DNA from: Amoebidium appalachense
Lineage: Eukaryota > Protista > Ichthyosporea
Reading direction: 5' to 3'
DNA: 64,000 bases
Assembly: GCA_963693365.1 (NCBI GenBank)
Contig: CAVNZM010000005.1
Location: 12,237,728-12,301,727 of the forward strand
Below are positions 18,706 to 31,477 of the stretch, piece by piece (within the stretch, counting starts at the first letter, position 1; the number at the start of each line of letters is the position of its first letter). The translations under genes and the position numbers were made by a program. Under the pieces are notes generated by a model. The model ran no database searches and had not been told where the DNA came from. It saw only the letters and a program-made list of their open reading frames with translations.

Positions 18706-19585
18706 GGGGGAGTTTGTTGCAAGCTGAACGTCCTTGGAATTGCCACGGACAGGGCAAAACAGGTTCAACCAATCACCAATTAGAAAGATAGGAGGGATCG
18801 GGGGGTTATGCGCACCGTTTGGGGTAGAACAGCAACGTTGAGGCCGGTTTCCATTCTCGGTTGAATACTTTGCAGAGGATAGAAAGGGGCAGTACCCACA
18901 CTTGACGTGTATTGTTGTGCGGTGGAGGCATGGTGGGTGCTGCTGCCCCCCTGGGCCACATGGGGGGCATGAGGGGTTGCATATGTTGCAGCTGCCAAAG
19001 GGTTGGTGTGTTGGGTGGGTGGCTGCTGTGGTTGGTGGATAGGTTGTGTAGAACCTGCATGATTTATAGAGTGGGTTTCCATCGGGTCAGTCCACGCATT
19101 CACATAACATCGGCCAAGAAAGTTACTCTCCTCTTGCGTCTATCTGCTTGTGCCTAAAGTGAATGTGCACACTCACGAGCCTTGCTAAAGACCTGAAAGT
19201 TAACCCCCCCCCCCCCCAAAAAAAAAAAAAAAAAAAAAAAAAAAACTGTCTTCCCGCTGCCCCCAGGCCTTCCTTCTCCCCCCCCATCCCCCATCCCCCC
19301 CCCCCCCCCCCCCCCCCCTTCCCCTCCAGCCCCTGCCCAGTTCCCCTGCCCCCTCTCTGATCGAATGCCCCCATTTACTCCCTTTTACTCCTGTCTCCTT
19401 CCCATGTGCCCTCTCCTACTAGCCAAGACAGCCATCAACACATCATGCTTATTGGATATGCATATTCGTGCCGGTGAACCCTCAAAATAAAGTGGGTGCG
19501 AGGAAAACAACCACGGGATGAGGGGTTAACTTTGAGGTCTCTAGCAAGGTTCGTGAGGGTGTGTGTGTGTGTGTTGTGTGTGTGT

Positions 19586-19632
<47 letters not shown>

Positions 19633-19645
19633 TGGTGGTGGTGGT

Positions 19646-19677
<32 letters not shown>

Positions 19678-20040
19678 GAGGGGGGGGATAAGCACCTGCT
19701 CGTATCTGTTGCTGAGGTGCTGGGGTGTGGGCAGCATGATGATACGAGGGTGCAGAGTGTGTCGGTACAGGGTAGGTGTTGGGCTGTACCTGCAATCGTA
19801 GCAAAAGTTCTATATGCATGAGCTGCTTTGATACTTTGACGCAAAGATTATCTTCGCTCTCTGTGCACTTAGCTAACCTGAACCTTTAACCCGTTATGTG
19901 TATTAGATATTGTCACATACCAAAAAATGAGCTGTAAACAAACAAACACACAAATCTCGGTTGAACAGAAATCACGGGAGCGGAGGAGGGGGAGAGAAGA
20001 GGGGTGGGTGGGTGGGTGGGTGGGTGGGTGGTGGTGGTGG

Positions 20041-20095
<55 letters not shown>

Positions 20096-20967
20096 GGGAG
20101 GGAAGGCAATTATGGTTAAATTGAGAAGAGCAACGCTGTAGTGAAACGAGTCATACCTTGAGAACCACTCACAGTGTAAAAAAGTGAAATGTAGATGGTG
20201 GGAACGGCAAGAATACTTAGATAAATAACCCCAATAAATTGCTTTAACTGTGAATATACTTAGCCCATATTCGCCGTGGTAGACCGGAAAGGCAGATAAT
20301 CACAAGTCAGATGGTTTTCTGTGAATGCTCGTAGACGAGTGTGGGTGTTGCAGTTAACCAACACGGAAAAAGAGAGGGGTGGGTGGGCTCGCCGGGGGGG
20401 GAGGGGGGGGGGGGGGTTGAGGGGGGGGGAAGTGGGGGGGGAGGGGGGGGGGAATAAATGGGAGAAGGGGTGGGATGGAGGGGAGGGAGGCAATAGCAAA
20501 ATCACTCCTCTAGATGAAACAGAGATTCAGTAAAGTTCCTGTGAATATTTACACACGTTATGTTAACATGCATGAGAGAGTGGTAGAACCAAATTCACGA
20601 CTGCCTTCACCCTTCCTTTCCGGTAAAACACACACGCACACACACACAAAAAAAGAGAAAGTCCGAAGCAGAAGGAGCAAAGCCTCACCTTTTGCACATA
20701 ACCTTGATTCTGTGATTGATCGCACCACACGAAATCATCGGCAGGAATCTGTATACATCCGTCAATCTGATCGAATACAGCGTTTTGATTGGCTGTCCAT
20801 ACATGGTGCTGGGTGGGTGGGTGTGTAGGTGCACTGGTGTTGTGTTGGATTTGTTGTTGCTGGGTGATGGGCCAGGAGGCTGCAGGAAAAGGTGAAGAGT
20901 GAGTGTCGGGAGGGTGTTCAAGAGCGAACACACAAAGGGAAGAGGAGGAGTGTGTTTATGTGTTTGT

Positions 20968-21014
<47 letters not shown>

Positions 21015-21591
21015 GGGAGGGGGGTGATTTAAAAAACAGGTTGAATATTAATGCTTTTCTGTGAGTTGAATCTTGCATTGAAGCTTCTTTACTAGCATGT
21101 CTTGCCTGGCCTAGGCTCATACTCAAAGGTTATAGTAGGAACGTGTATACATAGGTACATTAGTATTCTGATGTAGGTATGCTGTCTTGCCTGGGGGCAT
21201 AGGCAGAGCCAAGTAGAAACCTTTAGGTAGCCTCTGTGAGGTGAAACGGGATTCAAAACCAGCAAAAAAAACAAAACAAAACAAATAACAAAAAAAAAAA
21301 AAAAAAAAAAAAAAAAAAGCATATGAAATGAGAAATTACACCAGGCCCACCTTGCTGCTGAGAAACAGGTACACATGAGGGATTTTCCGAGACCAGAGGC
21401 CACCTTGGCGGCTGATTTTCTGCTCTGTCACCGTGGATGGCTGTTGTTCCCGGAAGTGCGTTGACCTGAAAGGCATAAGGTGTATGTCAGCCAAAAATGT
21501 CAGTTGCCCTGGGAAGCAGAGTTCATGCAGATTATCATTACTCGAAGCAGTGTGATACGGACTGTGTGGGTTCTGGTGTATATATATATCC

Positions 21592-21714
<123 letters not shown>

Positions 21715-21736
21715 CGTGTGTGTGTGTGCCTGTGCG

Positions 21737-21767
<31 letters not shown>

Positions 21768-22279
21768 TCCCACTGCATCTGTACGTGAAAGAGTGTGCAT
21801 AAGTGAACTGTTCAACCACCAAGTCTGGAAGTTTTAAGTTAGCTAAACTGGTGGTACCATGGCTGTCCACGTGTTCATAATGAATGGTACACAAAGAAAT
21901 CAGGTGTTGGCAATTCCTTTCGTATCATTTTTATTTATTTATTTATTATTATTATTATTATTTAATCCCGTTGTGTTCCCGGATGAACTTTTGGGGGCCC
22001 TCGGAGGAACTACCGTCTTCCTCCCAGCACCAACTATACTTCTAGCTAGGGTGCTACGGTGCCATCAGCTACGCAAATACACCATTAACAAAATTAACTA
22101 CATGTACACACTTATAATTAGCCCAGGGCTTTCACCCCAGCCTCGCCGAATCATATCATCGTATCGGAAGGAGAGGTTGTCGAGAGAGGTGACCAAGTTC
22201 CATGTGGCTGTGCTCAATTTTTTTCTCTTTTATCATGAATTTTTGGTTGCTTTCCTTTAATTTCCTTTTCCCTGTTTCT

Positions 22280-22355
<76 letters not shown>

Positions 22356-22453
22356 GGGGGGGGGGGGGGGAGGGGAGAGAGAGAGAAGGGGGGAAGAGGG
22401 CAGGCGGGAGGGATGGGTGGGTGGGTTGGGGGCAAGTGTGTGTGTGTGTATGT

Positions 22454-22490
<37 letters not shown>

Positions 22491-23730
22491 GTGTGTCTGT
22501 GTGCGTATGTGCGTGTGTGCGTATGTGTGTGTGTGTGCGCGCGTGTGTGTGGTGGTGGTCGTGGTGATTGTTGGGGGGGGGGGGGGGGGGGGGGGGGGTT
22601 TGAATGCCTCACAAAGTAACAAGTAAGGGGGGGGGGGGAGGGGGGAGGGGGAGGAGGGGAATAACAAGGGAGTTATTCCAGTTTGCGCCTCCTGCTGCAC
22701 TCACCTGTGCACCACGTGGGCATTGGTATGGGACACCTCCAGAACGGTTGGCAGCGGGAACTTTCTTCACCCCGGCATCCCAACCATTTTGGTGGCCACT
22801 CACCATCTTAGGTGCATGTGCATTTTGTGAATTTTGTGCATGTTGGGCTGGAAGCAATCTCACAGGTTGTCCGCTGGGGGTTGCATACCCAAACTTTTCA
22901 GGTTATGATTCCTCATGTTGTCCTAGGTGTTCGTGTGTGTTTTGCAGGTGATTTGAGCTTGCAATAAGTGGTGGCTATTGCAACTTGGGAGTGATCCTAT
23001 GTAATGGCAGAGAGTGGAGAGAACCTAAACGGTGATTTGCGCGAGTAGACAACTTGAACCGTTAGCTCTGTGGGAACCCCGGGCACTTCAGGTTTAGATG
23101 ATGTTTCAGCAGGAAGGAAATCAAGTTGTGCCCGATTTACTCAGAGCTCTAGAGGTTTTTGCTTGAGGTGGGTTTTGATGCCTTTTGAGCGTCAGTGACA
23201 AAATATGTCTAACCTATTGTTTGCAAATCTGCATGCACTTTCCTAGAATCAATCCTTGAAAATTATTTCCAGGTAGGCTTGCTGCGCAAGCTTGCATACA
23301 GAAAAACCGGATATATCCTATCTTCAAGAGGCTTCATCGCACTTTGCTTGAGATGGTGATGGTAAGACTTTCAACTGCTTGTTTGGCCGGTGCATTTGAA
23401 GTAAATATAAGTGAAAGACTAATACGGTGGCGGTTGAGTCGATCCAAGGCTTTTATCGTCAGTTTGACAAAGAAGTCAGCTGCAGTTAGCTAAGTTCTCA
23501 CACAACTCCATCGTGCACAAAACATGCGCGAAATTTTAAAGGTTTTTTCCGCTTTTAAGAATAATCATCCCTTCACAAGCGGGCCTTTTCCCAGAAGTTC
23601 CGAGATTCGTAGGTTTACCCCTACCTGGAATCATGATGCTAAACTTTGGCAATTGCAAACTCATAGTGCTACCCGGAATGTATTTGAAAGATATTCGTCA
23701 TTCGGATTGGTCTGCCTACTGTATATGTAT

Positions 23731-24032
23731 TGCCGGAGGCAAGACTTCCCCTCACTCCCGTCGTGGCTCCCCGAGGTGACCGAGACAAAGAGAAGCAGAA
23801 ATGCAAGTCAGTGAGGAATTTTATTATTGATTTTAGCCCTAATAAATAATATCAGTATCTGATCAGAAAACCCCCAAAACCCCCGGATAAACCCCCTAAA
23901 CCCCAGAACACTGTGTGTGTGTGCACACGTGTGTGTGTGTGTATGTGTGTGTGTTTGTGTGTGTATGATAGGCTATTGAAGGAACAGCACTTCCAGCACA
24001 CAATGGCCGAAAGAACCCCTTCATCTATCCAA
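23731..24032. repeat. Split direct repeat B2 (302 bp; matches B1 at 24510-24811)
   Basis: TGCCGGAGGCAAGACTTCCCC...CATCTATCCAA recurs at a constant offset of 779; no differences seen by eye. Confidence 0.95.
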
Positions 24033-24047
24033 GGGTGGGAGGGAGGG

Positions 24048-24510
24048 AAGAGAAAGCAAGAGCAAACCGTAAGGCACCAACTAATCAGACTGAGGTCTCA
24101 GCTTCTGCCCCTTTACACAAGGTGCCACCAAACCAAGAAAACACCCAAACAGCCTAATTATTACCTTATCACGTTGCTCCCTCCCCTTTTTTCTTTTCAC
24201 CTACACACTAGCTCTAAAAACAAGAACTGAACGAACGACGCCCACAGCCAGCTCTACAAAGCTGGTGCGCGGCTCACTCACATTTTTAGAACAGTGGAAA
24301 AGCCACCAATCATATCACCTATCTACTGATAACTACGGATCACTTCATAACTATACCTGATCTATATCCAATCACTAAAGATACATACGACTGAGCTTAA
24401 CATTCTACCCGTTAGGGCCAATCAGCTTGCACCGCTATGTAGCCGTTACCGCCGACTGACCGAACACGTGTCATCTCTCACCGCTGCCTCCTCCCGCTCG
24501 AGAACAACAT
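24048..24510. repeat. Split direct repeat A2 (463 bp; matches A1 at 28961-29423)
   Basis: AAGAGAAAGCAAGAGCAAACC...GAGAACAACAT recurs at a constant offset of 4913; no differences seen by eye. Confidence 0.95.
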
Positions 24511-24892
24511 GCCGGAGGCAAGACTTCCCCTCACTCCCGTCGTGGCTCCCCGAGGTGACCGAGACAAAGAGAAGCAGAAATGCAAGTCAGTGAGGAATTT
24601 TATTATTGATTTTAGCCCTAATAAATAATATCAGTATCTGATCAGAAAACCCCCAAAACCCCCGGATAAACCCCCTAAACCCCAGAACACTGTGTGTGTG
24701 TGCACACGTGTGTGTGTGTGTATGTGTGTGTGTTTGTGTGTGTATGATAGGCTATTGAAGGAACAGCACTTCCAGCACACAATGGCCGAAAGAACCCCTT
24801 CATCTATCCAAACCTACCCTACTTGTTTTTATTTTGTGATTGTGTCTTTTAAATAATGTGTGTTGGGTGTGTGTAGTAGAAGCCTGTAGCTG

Positions 24893-27800
24893 CTAATCGT
24901 GCGTAATCATGTGTGGCCTACGGGCCAAGGATTTTGCCTGGGCTGACAGATGAGCGGGCATTGAAATTGCCAGGAGCATGGCCTTGTTCGTGTCAATGTA
25001 GTGGTTGAAAGGCGTCGTGAAATTACGCCACCGACCATTGATACGAATTTGCTCATAGTCCTCCCCTCTGAGTGCTGCTGTGGAGGCTGCCCCGTGCCGT
25101 GTGCTGTACAATGAGAAGTCGCTATCCAGGCCCACAGCCGTCAGACTCTGTTGCATACGAGTTGCTACCAGCGATGGTGTGTACCCAGGATGAAACAGAG
25201 GGTCGGATGGGCGGGAGCCATGGGGAAATGCACCCACTGCCATGAGCTTCTGCAGCAAATGCAAGCACACTGGATCACGGATCACCACCATCTGATGATT
25301 GCCCGTTTTGGACCGTGGAAGAAGCAACACTGCACTGCCCGCTGGAGCATTGATTTCAATCAACCGTGGATCATTCGGAGGAATGAAGTCTGCCACCGTG
25401 CGCCGCGAGAGCTCCCCCGGCCGGGTGTAGGTTGCGAATGACATACACAGATAGAGTGCTACGTGCGGCATCTTGTATTCCCACAGAGCCGACACTGCCA
25501 AAATCATGTAGTCGTAGGGGAGTGGTCTGTGGTGATTGGTCGGGTTAGCATGGTCCCACCCCCTTAGGACCCTGGCCGACAGGACCAAGGACTCGGAGTC
25601 CTTGCACTGGGGATAGAAATGGTGGATGGCTGACAGCACCGTCTTGCAGTGGGCGAGCCCGCTGCGGGTCTCTCCCAACTCTTCGTACATGTCAGCTGCA
25701 TAGCTCGCAAGCATGTTATCCACCTGCTCTACCGACTGGAAGGTGCTCACCCCATCTTCCACACACCACGCTACGAATTTGTTCAAGGCGTTGTCGTATT
25801 TCGCCACTGTGGGAGCCGTGACATTGAGATTGAGCATATGCGTGATTTTTGCAGAGGGGACGACGTCACGTGACGGCATGTCTGCTGGATTGTGGGCAGA
25901 AGGGACCCACACCCACGCCGGTCGAAGTGCGGCTGCACACACAAGTGCTGCCACCCGCCGGCACAGATGGTTTAGCCGTCGTGAACTCGATCTACCCTTG
26001 GCCACCGCAAACAATAAAGATGTGTTGTCGATGAGATGAGCTACTCTGGTGCTGTGATTTTGTGGTGCTCGCGTGAAACGTCGTAGTGATAATAGCAGCA
26101 CGTGCCCCTCAAGGATGGTGATGTGATCTTCGTGCCGCCACGGAGTAGATATCGGATGGTGCCACTGCAGACCGTCAACTACTTTCAGAAAAGAGTCGTC
26201 GGTCGTGGGGTGGTTCGTGCTGTCGTTACATTCATCGGCTGAAAGGGCGTTAATCACGAGCTCACCGGTGTCGTCCACAGGCCCCAAGAAGGAATAACCG
26301 GGTCTGGACACCGACTGTGCTAATGCCGTCAACGATTGCTCAGCCGTAACGGACGCAATAGAAACACCTGCTCCCTTGGTGGACGCATCTGATGCCAACA
26401 GAAGAGAGGCGGGAGCAGCCGTCAAATCACACACAATGAGAGGTGCCAAATCCACCAACAGGGCCAACTCCCCCTTGACTGCAGAGGGGATTGGGCATGC
26501 CGTTAGTGGACATTGGCCGGCTGACAACGCAAACTGATAACTCGCCTCTAACACAGAAAATAAAGCTCTATTCAAAAGCAACAACCACGCCCAGCCCCCA
26601 AGCAAACGAGATAACGCCCGTGGAGCCACCTCCCGCATGAACAGAACCGCCTTTGTGTCGGCTAGTAGCCGCGCCAACCGTGATGCATCCGGTCGAATAA
26701 CACCGTCCCGTCCTATAGCCAACCCAAGTGCTACGGTCTCCGGGTGGTCTCGTGACGCCGTGACCGTTTTGGACGGTTTTATTTCGAATCCGTGTGTCTC
26801 TCCAGCGCGCCCGGCTGCCGTCATCTCGGAATTTACAGTAGATTCCTCCAACCCAACCCCCACCCAATCATCCACGTAGATCAAATGTGCCGTATCCGAT
26901 TGGTCGGTAATGGAATGTGCCGGTGAAGAATTCGATTGGATGCATCGTTCGATACGTAAAGGCGGGTGCGTGATGTGCTGGTGAGAACGTTGGGCGACAA
27001 ACGGTGCCCATTTCCAGCCCATCGGCATAGACAACACCCGCGGATACACCAACCTATCGACACCCGGCAGTCCCACTGCTGAAGACGAAACCGGCGGAAG
27101 CCCTTGGTACCAAGACAGCCAGTCTGGCACCCGAAAACGGTGGTAGAAATTCGAAAAATCGTACTTGGCCACCACCACCGCTGCGTCCTTCGGAACAATG
27201 ATACTACACAAATCTGCCGGACTGGGAAAATTCGGATTGGGCGGGTCTATCATGACTGCATTCATGGGGCGAGCATCCATGATAAGACGGTCTTCCTTCT
27301 CATCTTTCTCCACCGCAAATAAACCATTGATAATCTTTGGGGGCTCCGAAATTTCTGAAAAAGCAACCATACCACAAACATACATACGCTTAGCCAATAT
27401 AGGCCACTCCGCAGGCGACGCAAATGCATGGACAGGACGCCCGGGCAAAGGGTGGGCTCCTTCAGCACCCTCAGTGGTGCTCTCAGTTGCCAACACGCCC
27501 CCAAGCCCGCAAACTCCGTGACCGTTCGGCTGTCCGACCGCGTCACCCGTGCGATTTGACGCCACCACCAACACGTTTGGCTTCTCCATCATCTCCTTGA
27601 GGTCAGGTGGAAGGACCTCTAGGAGCGGAACTGTTGCCCCAAACCCCTCAGGAGGAAGGGCAATACGCTCAGCAACTATGGGGGTGAAAGCTTTTGAGTG
27701 ATTGAAATATGGGAAAGATTCAGACACAGCCGCTAAGGGGACATTGCTGATCCTGCGGCGCATATCCGCGCAAAAAACGAAAATTCGCTGAATGGATTGT

Positions 27801-28429
27801 GTCTGTGCCGGTGAGGGTGCATGAGAAAAGTGCGTGGATTTAGGAAAAGGCGTGGGAAAAAAATGTGTGCTGGTAGGAGGGGAAAATGTTGAAAAGTGTG
27901 TGTGATTCTGGGAAGAGGTGTCGTGCATGTTGTGCCAAACATCGTTCCTAGGAGATTCTACCGAGCCAGGTGGCCCATTATACAACGTGTTGATTGCAGC
28001 TATGGTTCTATTAACCAACTTTAACACAGCAAATCTCTTGTTGAACCTCCCACGTCTTCTTGGAGAGGACAACCTAACACCATCAAGCAACAGCGGGACT
28101 ACAAAAAGGGGAAGTGGAAGTAAATCATTAGACACATGGGGAAACAAGCCTGGCTCAGCCGCGCCCGTGACGCCCTCACCAGGGGTACTAACATGGGGGG
28201 CTACGGGCTCACCGGTGTACCACTTCCGAGGGAAAGAACCAAACTCAGCTGGTTCCGTGGCAGCTGTGTTCGGGAACGAAGGCTGTGGACCGTGGCCTCC
28301 CCCTGCCTCAGCTGGGCAGCTGCGGGAGGCGCAGGGGGGTACGAATCTGTGGAAGCTGGGCCTAGGCATCCTTGTTGCCATCGAACGGTCCATCCACACA
28401 CACGCGCGCCACCGTGACACCCCCCGCAC
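24893..28429 (-). CDS. Reverse transcriptase - RNase H - tyrosine recombinase polyprotein (up to 1178 aa; first ATG about 11 codons in)
   Basis: RT motifs RLIMDAR, KYDFSNFYH, MPMGWKWAP, IYVDD; DIRS-type RNase H motifs SDAS, HITILE, IDN, WVPSAHNPADMPSR; YR motifs TRPGE, SKT, YSTRHGAA, GRW, HY. Confidence 0.95.
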   Translation of the reverse strand: MRGVSRWRACVWMDRSMATRMPRPSFHRFVPPCASRSCPAEAGGGHGPQPSFPNTAATEPAEFGSFPRKWYTGEPVAPHVSTPGEGVTGAAEPGLFPHVSNDLLPLPLFVVPLLLDGVRLSSPRRRGRFNKRFAVLKLVNRTIAAINTLYNGPPGSVESPRNDVWHNMHDTSSQNHTHFSTFSPPTSTHFFPTPFPKSTHFSHAPSPAQTQSIQRIFVFCADMRRRISNVPLAAVSESFPYFNHSKAFTPIVAERIALPPEGFGATVPLLEVLPPDLKEMMEKPNVLVVASNRTGDAVGQPNGHGVCGLGGVLATESTTEGAEGAHPLPGRPVHAFASPAEWPILAKRMYVCGMVAFSEISEPPKIINGLFAVEKDEKEDRLIMDARPMNAVMIDPPNPNFPSPADLCSIIVPKDAAVVVAKYDFSNFYHRFRVPDWLSWYQGLPPVSSSAVGLPGVDRLVYPRVLSMPMGWKWAPFVAQRSHQHITHPPLRIERCIQSNSSPAHSITDQSDTAHLIYVDDWVGVGLEESTVNSEMTAAGRAGETHGFEIKPSKTVTASRDHPETVALGLAIGRDGVIRPDASRLARLLADTKAVLFMREVAPRALSRLLGGWAWLLLLNRALFSVLEASYQFALSAGQCPLTACPIPSAVKGELALLVDLAPLIVCDLTAAPASLLLASDASTKGAGVSIASVTAEQSLTALAQSVSRPGYSFLGPVDDTGELVINALSADECNDSTNHPTTDDSFLKVVDGLQWHHPISTPWRHEDHITILEGHVLLLSLRRFTRAPQNHSTRVAHLIDNTSLLFAVAKGRSSSRRLNHLCRRVAALVCAAALRPAWVWVPSAHNPADMPSRDVVPSAKITHMLNLNVTAPTVAKYDNALNKFVAWCVEDGVSTFQSVEQVDNMLASYAADMYEELGETRSGLAHCKTVLSAIHHFYPQCKDSESLVLSARVLRGWDHANPTNHHRPLPYDYMILAVSALWEYKMPHVALYLCMSFATYTRPGELSRRTVADFIPPNDPRLIEINAPAGSAVLLLPRSKTGNHQMVVIRDPVCLHLLQKLMAVGAFPHGSRPSDPLFHPGYTPSLVATRMQQSLTAVGLDSDFSLYSTRHGAASTAALRGEDYEQIRINGRWRNFTTPFNHYIDTNKAMLLAISMPAHLSAQAKSLARRPHMITHD

Positions 28430-30345
28430 CTCCCCACAGGGGGAGGCCGTGTGTTTACACCGAGCTCGACTACCTAGTAGAGACCGTGCATTGACTCACA
28501 ATGTCGTATATAAGAGAGTTCTGCTCGGGAAGAAGAGAGGCTCACTTGCCCATGTCAAGGAAAGCAGAGCACGTATTTGTAATGCTTGGAGTTCAGAAAG
28601 TTCACTGTGACTGTATAGGCAGAGAGACAGACAAAATTTACGTAGTTTTTCACTCTACAAGACTCCTCAGCGCTAGCGAGCTAAACAACATACTGAAGGG
28701 AAAAGACAAATGTAAAAGTCGTATTAATATCTAGAGCGAAAAAAGGAACCTTGAAAATGAGGAGAACGAGCTGGTTAACGTTGAGTTGCCAGAATTCGTG
28801 TGACAATTGCAGAAGTCAACAGAAAAAAGGACAGCTAGCTAAGGCAACTAGTTTGTGCGCTTTTACAGTAGCACCACCAAACTTAGTTCAACCAACTAAC
28901 TCTACAAATCCCTTTTACCTCTGATGCCAGACACTCACACAAACGCTAAAACGAAAACCAAAGAGAAAGCAAGAGCAAACCGTAAGGCACCAACTAATCA
29001 GACTGAGGTCTCAGCTTCTGCCCCTTTACACAAGGTGCCACCAAACCAAGAAAACACCCAAACAGCCTAATTATTACCTTATCACGTTGCTCCCTCCCCT
29101 TTTTTCTTTTCACCTACACACTAGCTCTAAAAACAAGAACTGAACGAACGACGCCCACAGCCAGCTCTACAAAGCTGGTGCGCGGCTCACTCACATTTTT
29201 AGAACAGTGGAAAAGCCACCAATCATATCACCTATCTACTGATAACTACGGATCACTTCATAACTATACCTGATCTATATCCAATCACTAAAGATACATA
29301 CGACTGAGCTTAACATTCTACCCGTTAGGGCCAATCAGCTTGCACCGCTATGTAGCCGTTACCGCCGACTGACCGAACACGTGTCATCTCTCACCGCTGC
29401 CTCCTCCCGCTCGAGAACAACATACAGACAAGTCCTGAATCATGATGACTGTCATCCATGTACTGCTGATACAGGCCTTACTCCACCTACATGATACTGT
29501 ACAACCTAATAAAACTATTCACAAGTAAACAAGAACGGTTTAGGTATAAGTGTAAATTTATACTAACAAACCAAACCTGTGTAATGTACATATGTATGAA
29601 CTTCGAATTCGGTCTTCTAAGCATTCATGTGCATTGTTTGTGCAAGCCATTAAGTGGTTACGCTAATCGTGTGCGAGCGCACGTTCTGATTGGATGCTCA
29701 TTGCTCGGCAATGAGCCAATTTTAGTTGTGGCCTCCTACTAGTAGAGGCTCCTACTCGTTAGAAAAGACCGCGGGGGAACGGAGAGGCCCCTGGACACTG
29801 GAAAAGGATGGTGAAAGGGTTGGTGAGGATGCTGCGAGGGGAAGAAAGGGGCATGGTAAGAACTCGAGAATGCAAGCAGTGACGTTGAGGGGAAGGGGCC
29901 CCAACAGGGGGGGGGGGGGGGGGGGCAGGGGCAATATTGCAAGCGAGGAAAAGAGCTAGACGAGAATTGCAGAGATGGCAGCGATGCAAGTTGTAAATGC
30001 ACACGTGTTTATATTTGGAAATAGTGCGAGGGATGCCCCGGAAGAGCGCGGCGGATCCGTCCGGACATGTCACCACGGAAAAAAGGCTCAAAGGGAGAAC
30101 GGCACGCACTTGCAACAGGGCAGGGCACCAACAGTCACCACGGCATCTATCTAGTTCAAAAGTAGAATACCCGCTGCATGACATGCATATTTGCTCCAGT
30201 TCACCTGTCCATGCCTCTCCTCCATCCCAACACACACCATGTGTAGCAAGGTCTCCTAAATAGTACTCCCATATTTTACAGGTTGTGCAGGTTTTAGGGG
30301 CAGCAACTCTGCAAACTAGTACATGACCAGCTCTTTGAAAGGGGT

Positions 30346-30361
30346 GGTGTTGAAAAACACC
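30346..30361 (-). terminator. Variant histone mRNA 3' stem-loop (H2A)
   Basis: GGTGTT-TTTC-AACACC 30 nt after the stop codon, followed by ACCCC and CAAAGAGCTG. Confidence 0.85.
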
Positions 30362-30391
30362 AAATAAAGCATTTGGGCTTGCTCTGTGCGC

Positions 30392-30799
30392 TTAGGCCGT
30401 CTCCGCCTTCTTGCTGGTGCCCTCCTTGCCCGTCTTCTTGGGCAGCAACACAGCGTGGATGTTGGGCAGCACACCACCCTGTGCAATCGTCACCCCACCA
30501 AGCAAACGGTTCAACTCTTCATCATTGCGAATGGCCAGCTGAAGATGGCGGGGTATGATACGTGTCTTTTTGTTATCGCGCGCAGCGTTTCCAGCCAACT
30601 CGAGAATCTCGGCGGCCAAGTATTCGAGCACAGCTGCGAGGTAGACTGGTGCACCTGCACCCACACGCTCGGCGTAGTTGCCCTTGCGGAGAAGGCGGTG
30701 CACGCGACCAACTGGAAACTGGAGTCCGGCCCGAGACGATCGGGACTTGGACTTGCCCCCTGCGACCTTTCCCTTACCGCCCTTACCCTTTCCAGACAT
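30392..30799 (-). CDS. H2A: Histone H2A (135 aa, intronless)
   Basis: MSGKGKGGK...[43 protein letters not shown]...[17 protein letters not shown]...VLLPKKT; no C-terminal SQ(E/D)Y motif, so not H2A.X. Confidence 0.99.
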   Translation of the reverse strand: MSGKGKGGKGKVAGGKSKSRSSRAGLQFPVGRVHRLLRKGNYAERVGAGAPVYLAAVLEYLAAEILELAGNAARDNKKTRIIPRHLQLAIRNDEELNRLLGGVTIAQGGVLPNIHAVLLPKKTGKEGTSKKAETA

Positions 30800-31422
<623 letters not shown>

Positions 31423-31461
31423 GTGTTTTTCCCCGCGTGCCTGCAAAACAACGGAAGATAT

Positions 31462-31477
31462 GGTGTTTCTAAACACC
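31462..31477 (+). terminator. Variant histone mRNA 3' stem-loop (H4)
   Basis: GGTGTT-TCTA-AACACC followed by ACTCC and CAAAGTTATTATCGTGC. Confidence 0.85.

Larger units (their letters stand above)
23731..29423 (-). mobile_element. Full-length Ngaro-like (DIRS order) tyrosine-recombinase retrotransposon
   Basis: Split direct repeats in A1-ORF-B1-A2-B2 order on the minus strand: A1 28961-29423, B1 24510-24811, A2 24048-24510, B2 23731-24032. Encodes RT, RNase H and YR. No target-site duplication, as expected for YR integration. Confidence 0.95.

Noticed and set aside
27918-28610. 230-aa plus-strand ORF as a possible gag of the Ngaro element
   Set aside because: It is antisense to the polyprotein, has a non-ATG start and shows no zinc knuckle or other motif; most likely a shadow ORF.
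29423-30392. Targeted insertion of the Ngaro element next to the histone cluster
   Set aside because: A single insertion about 1 kb away in TE-rich DNA is not evidence of targeting.
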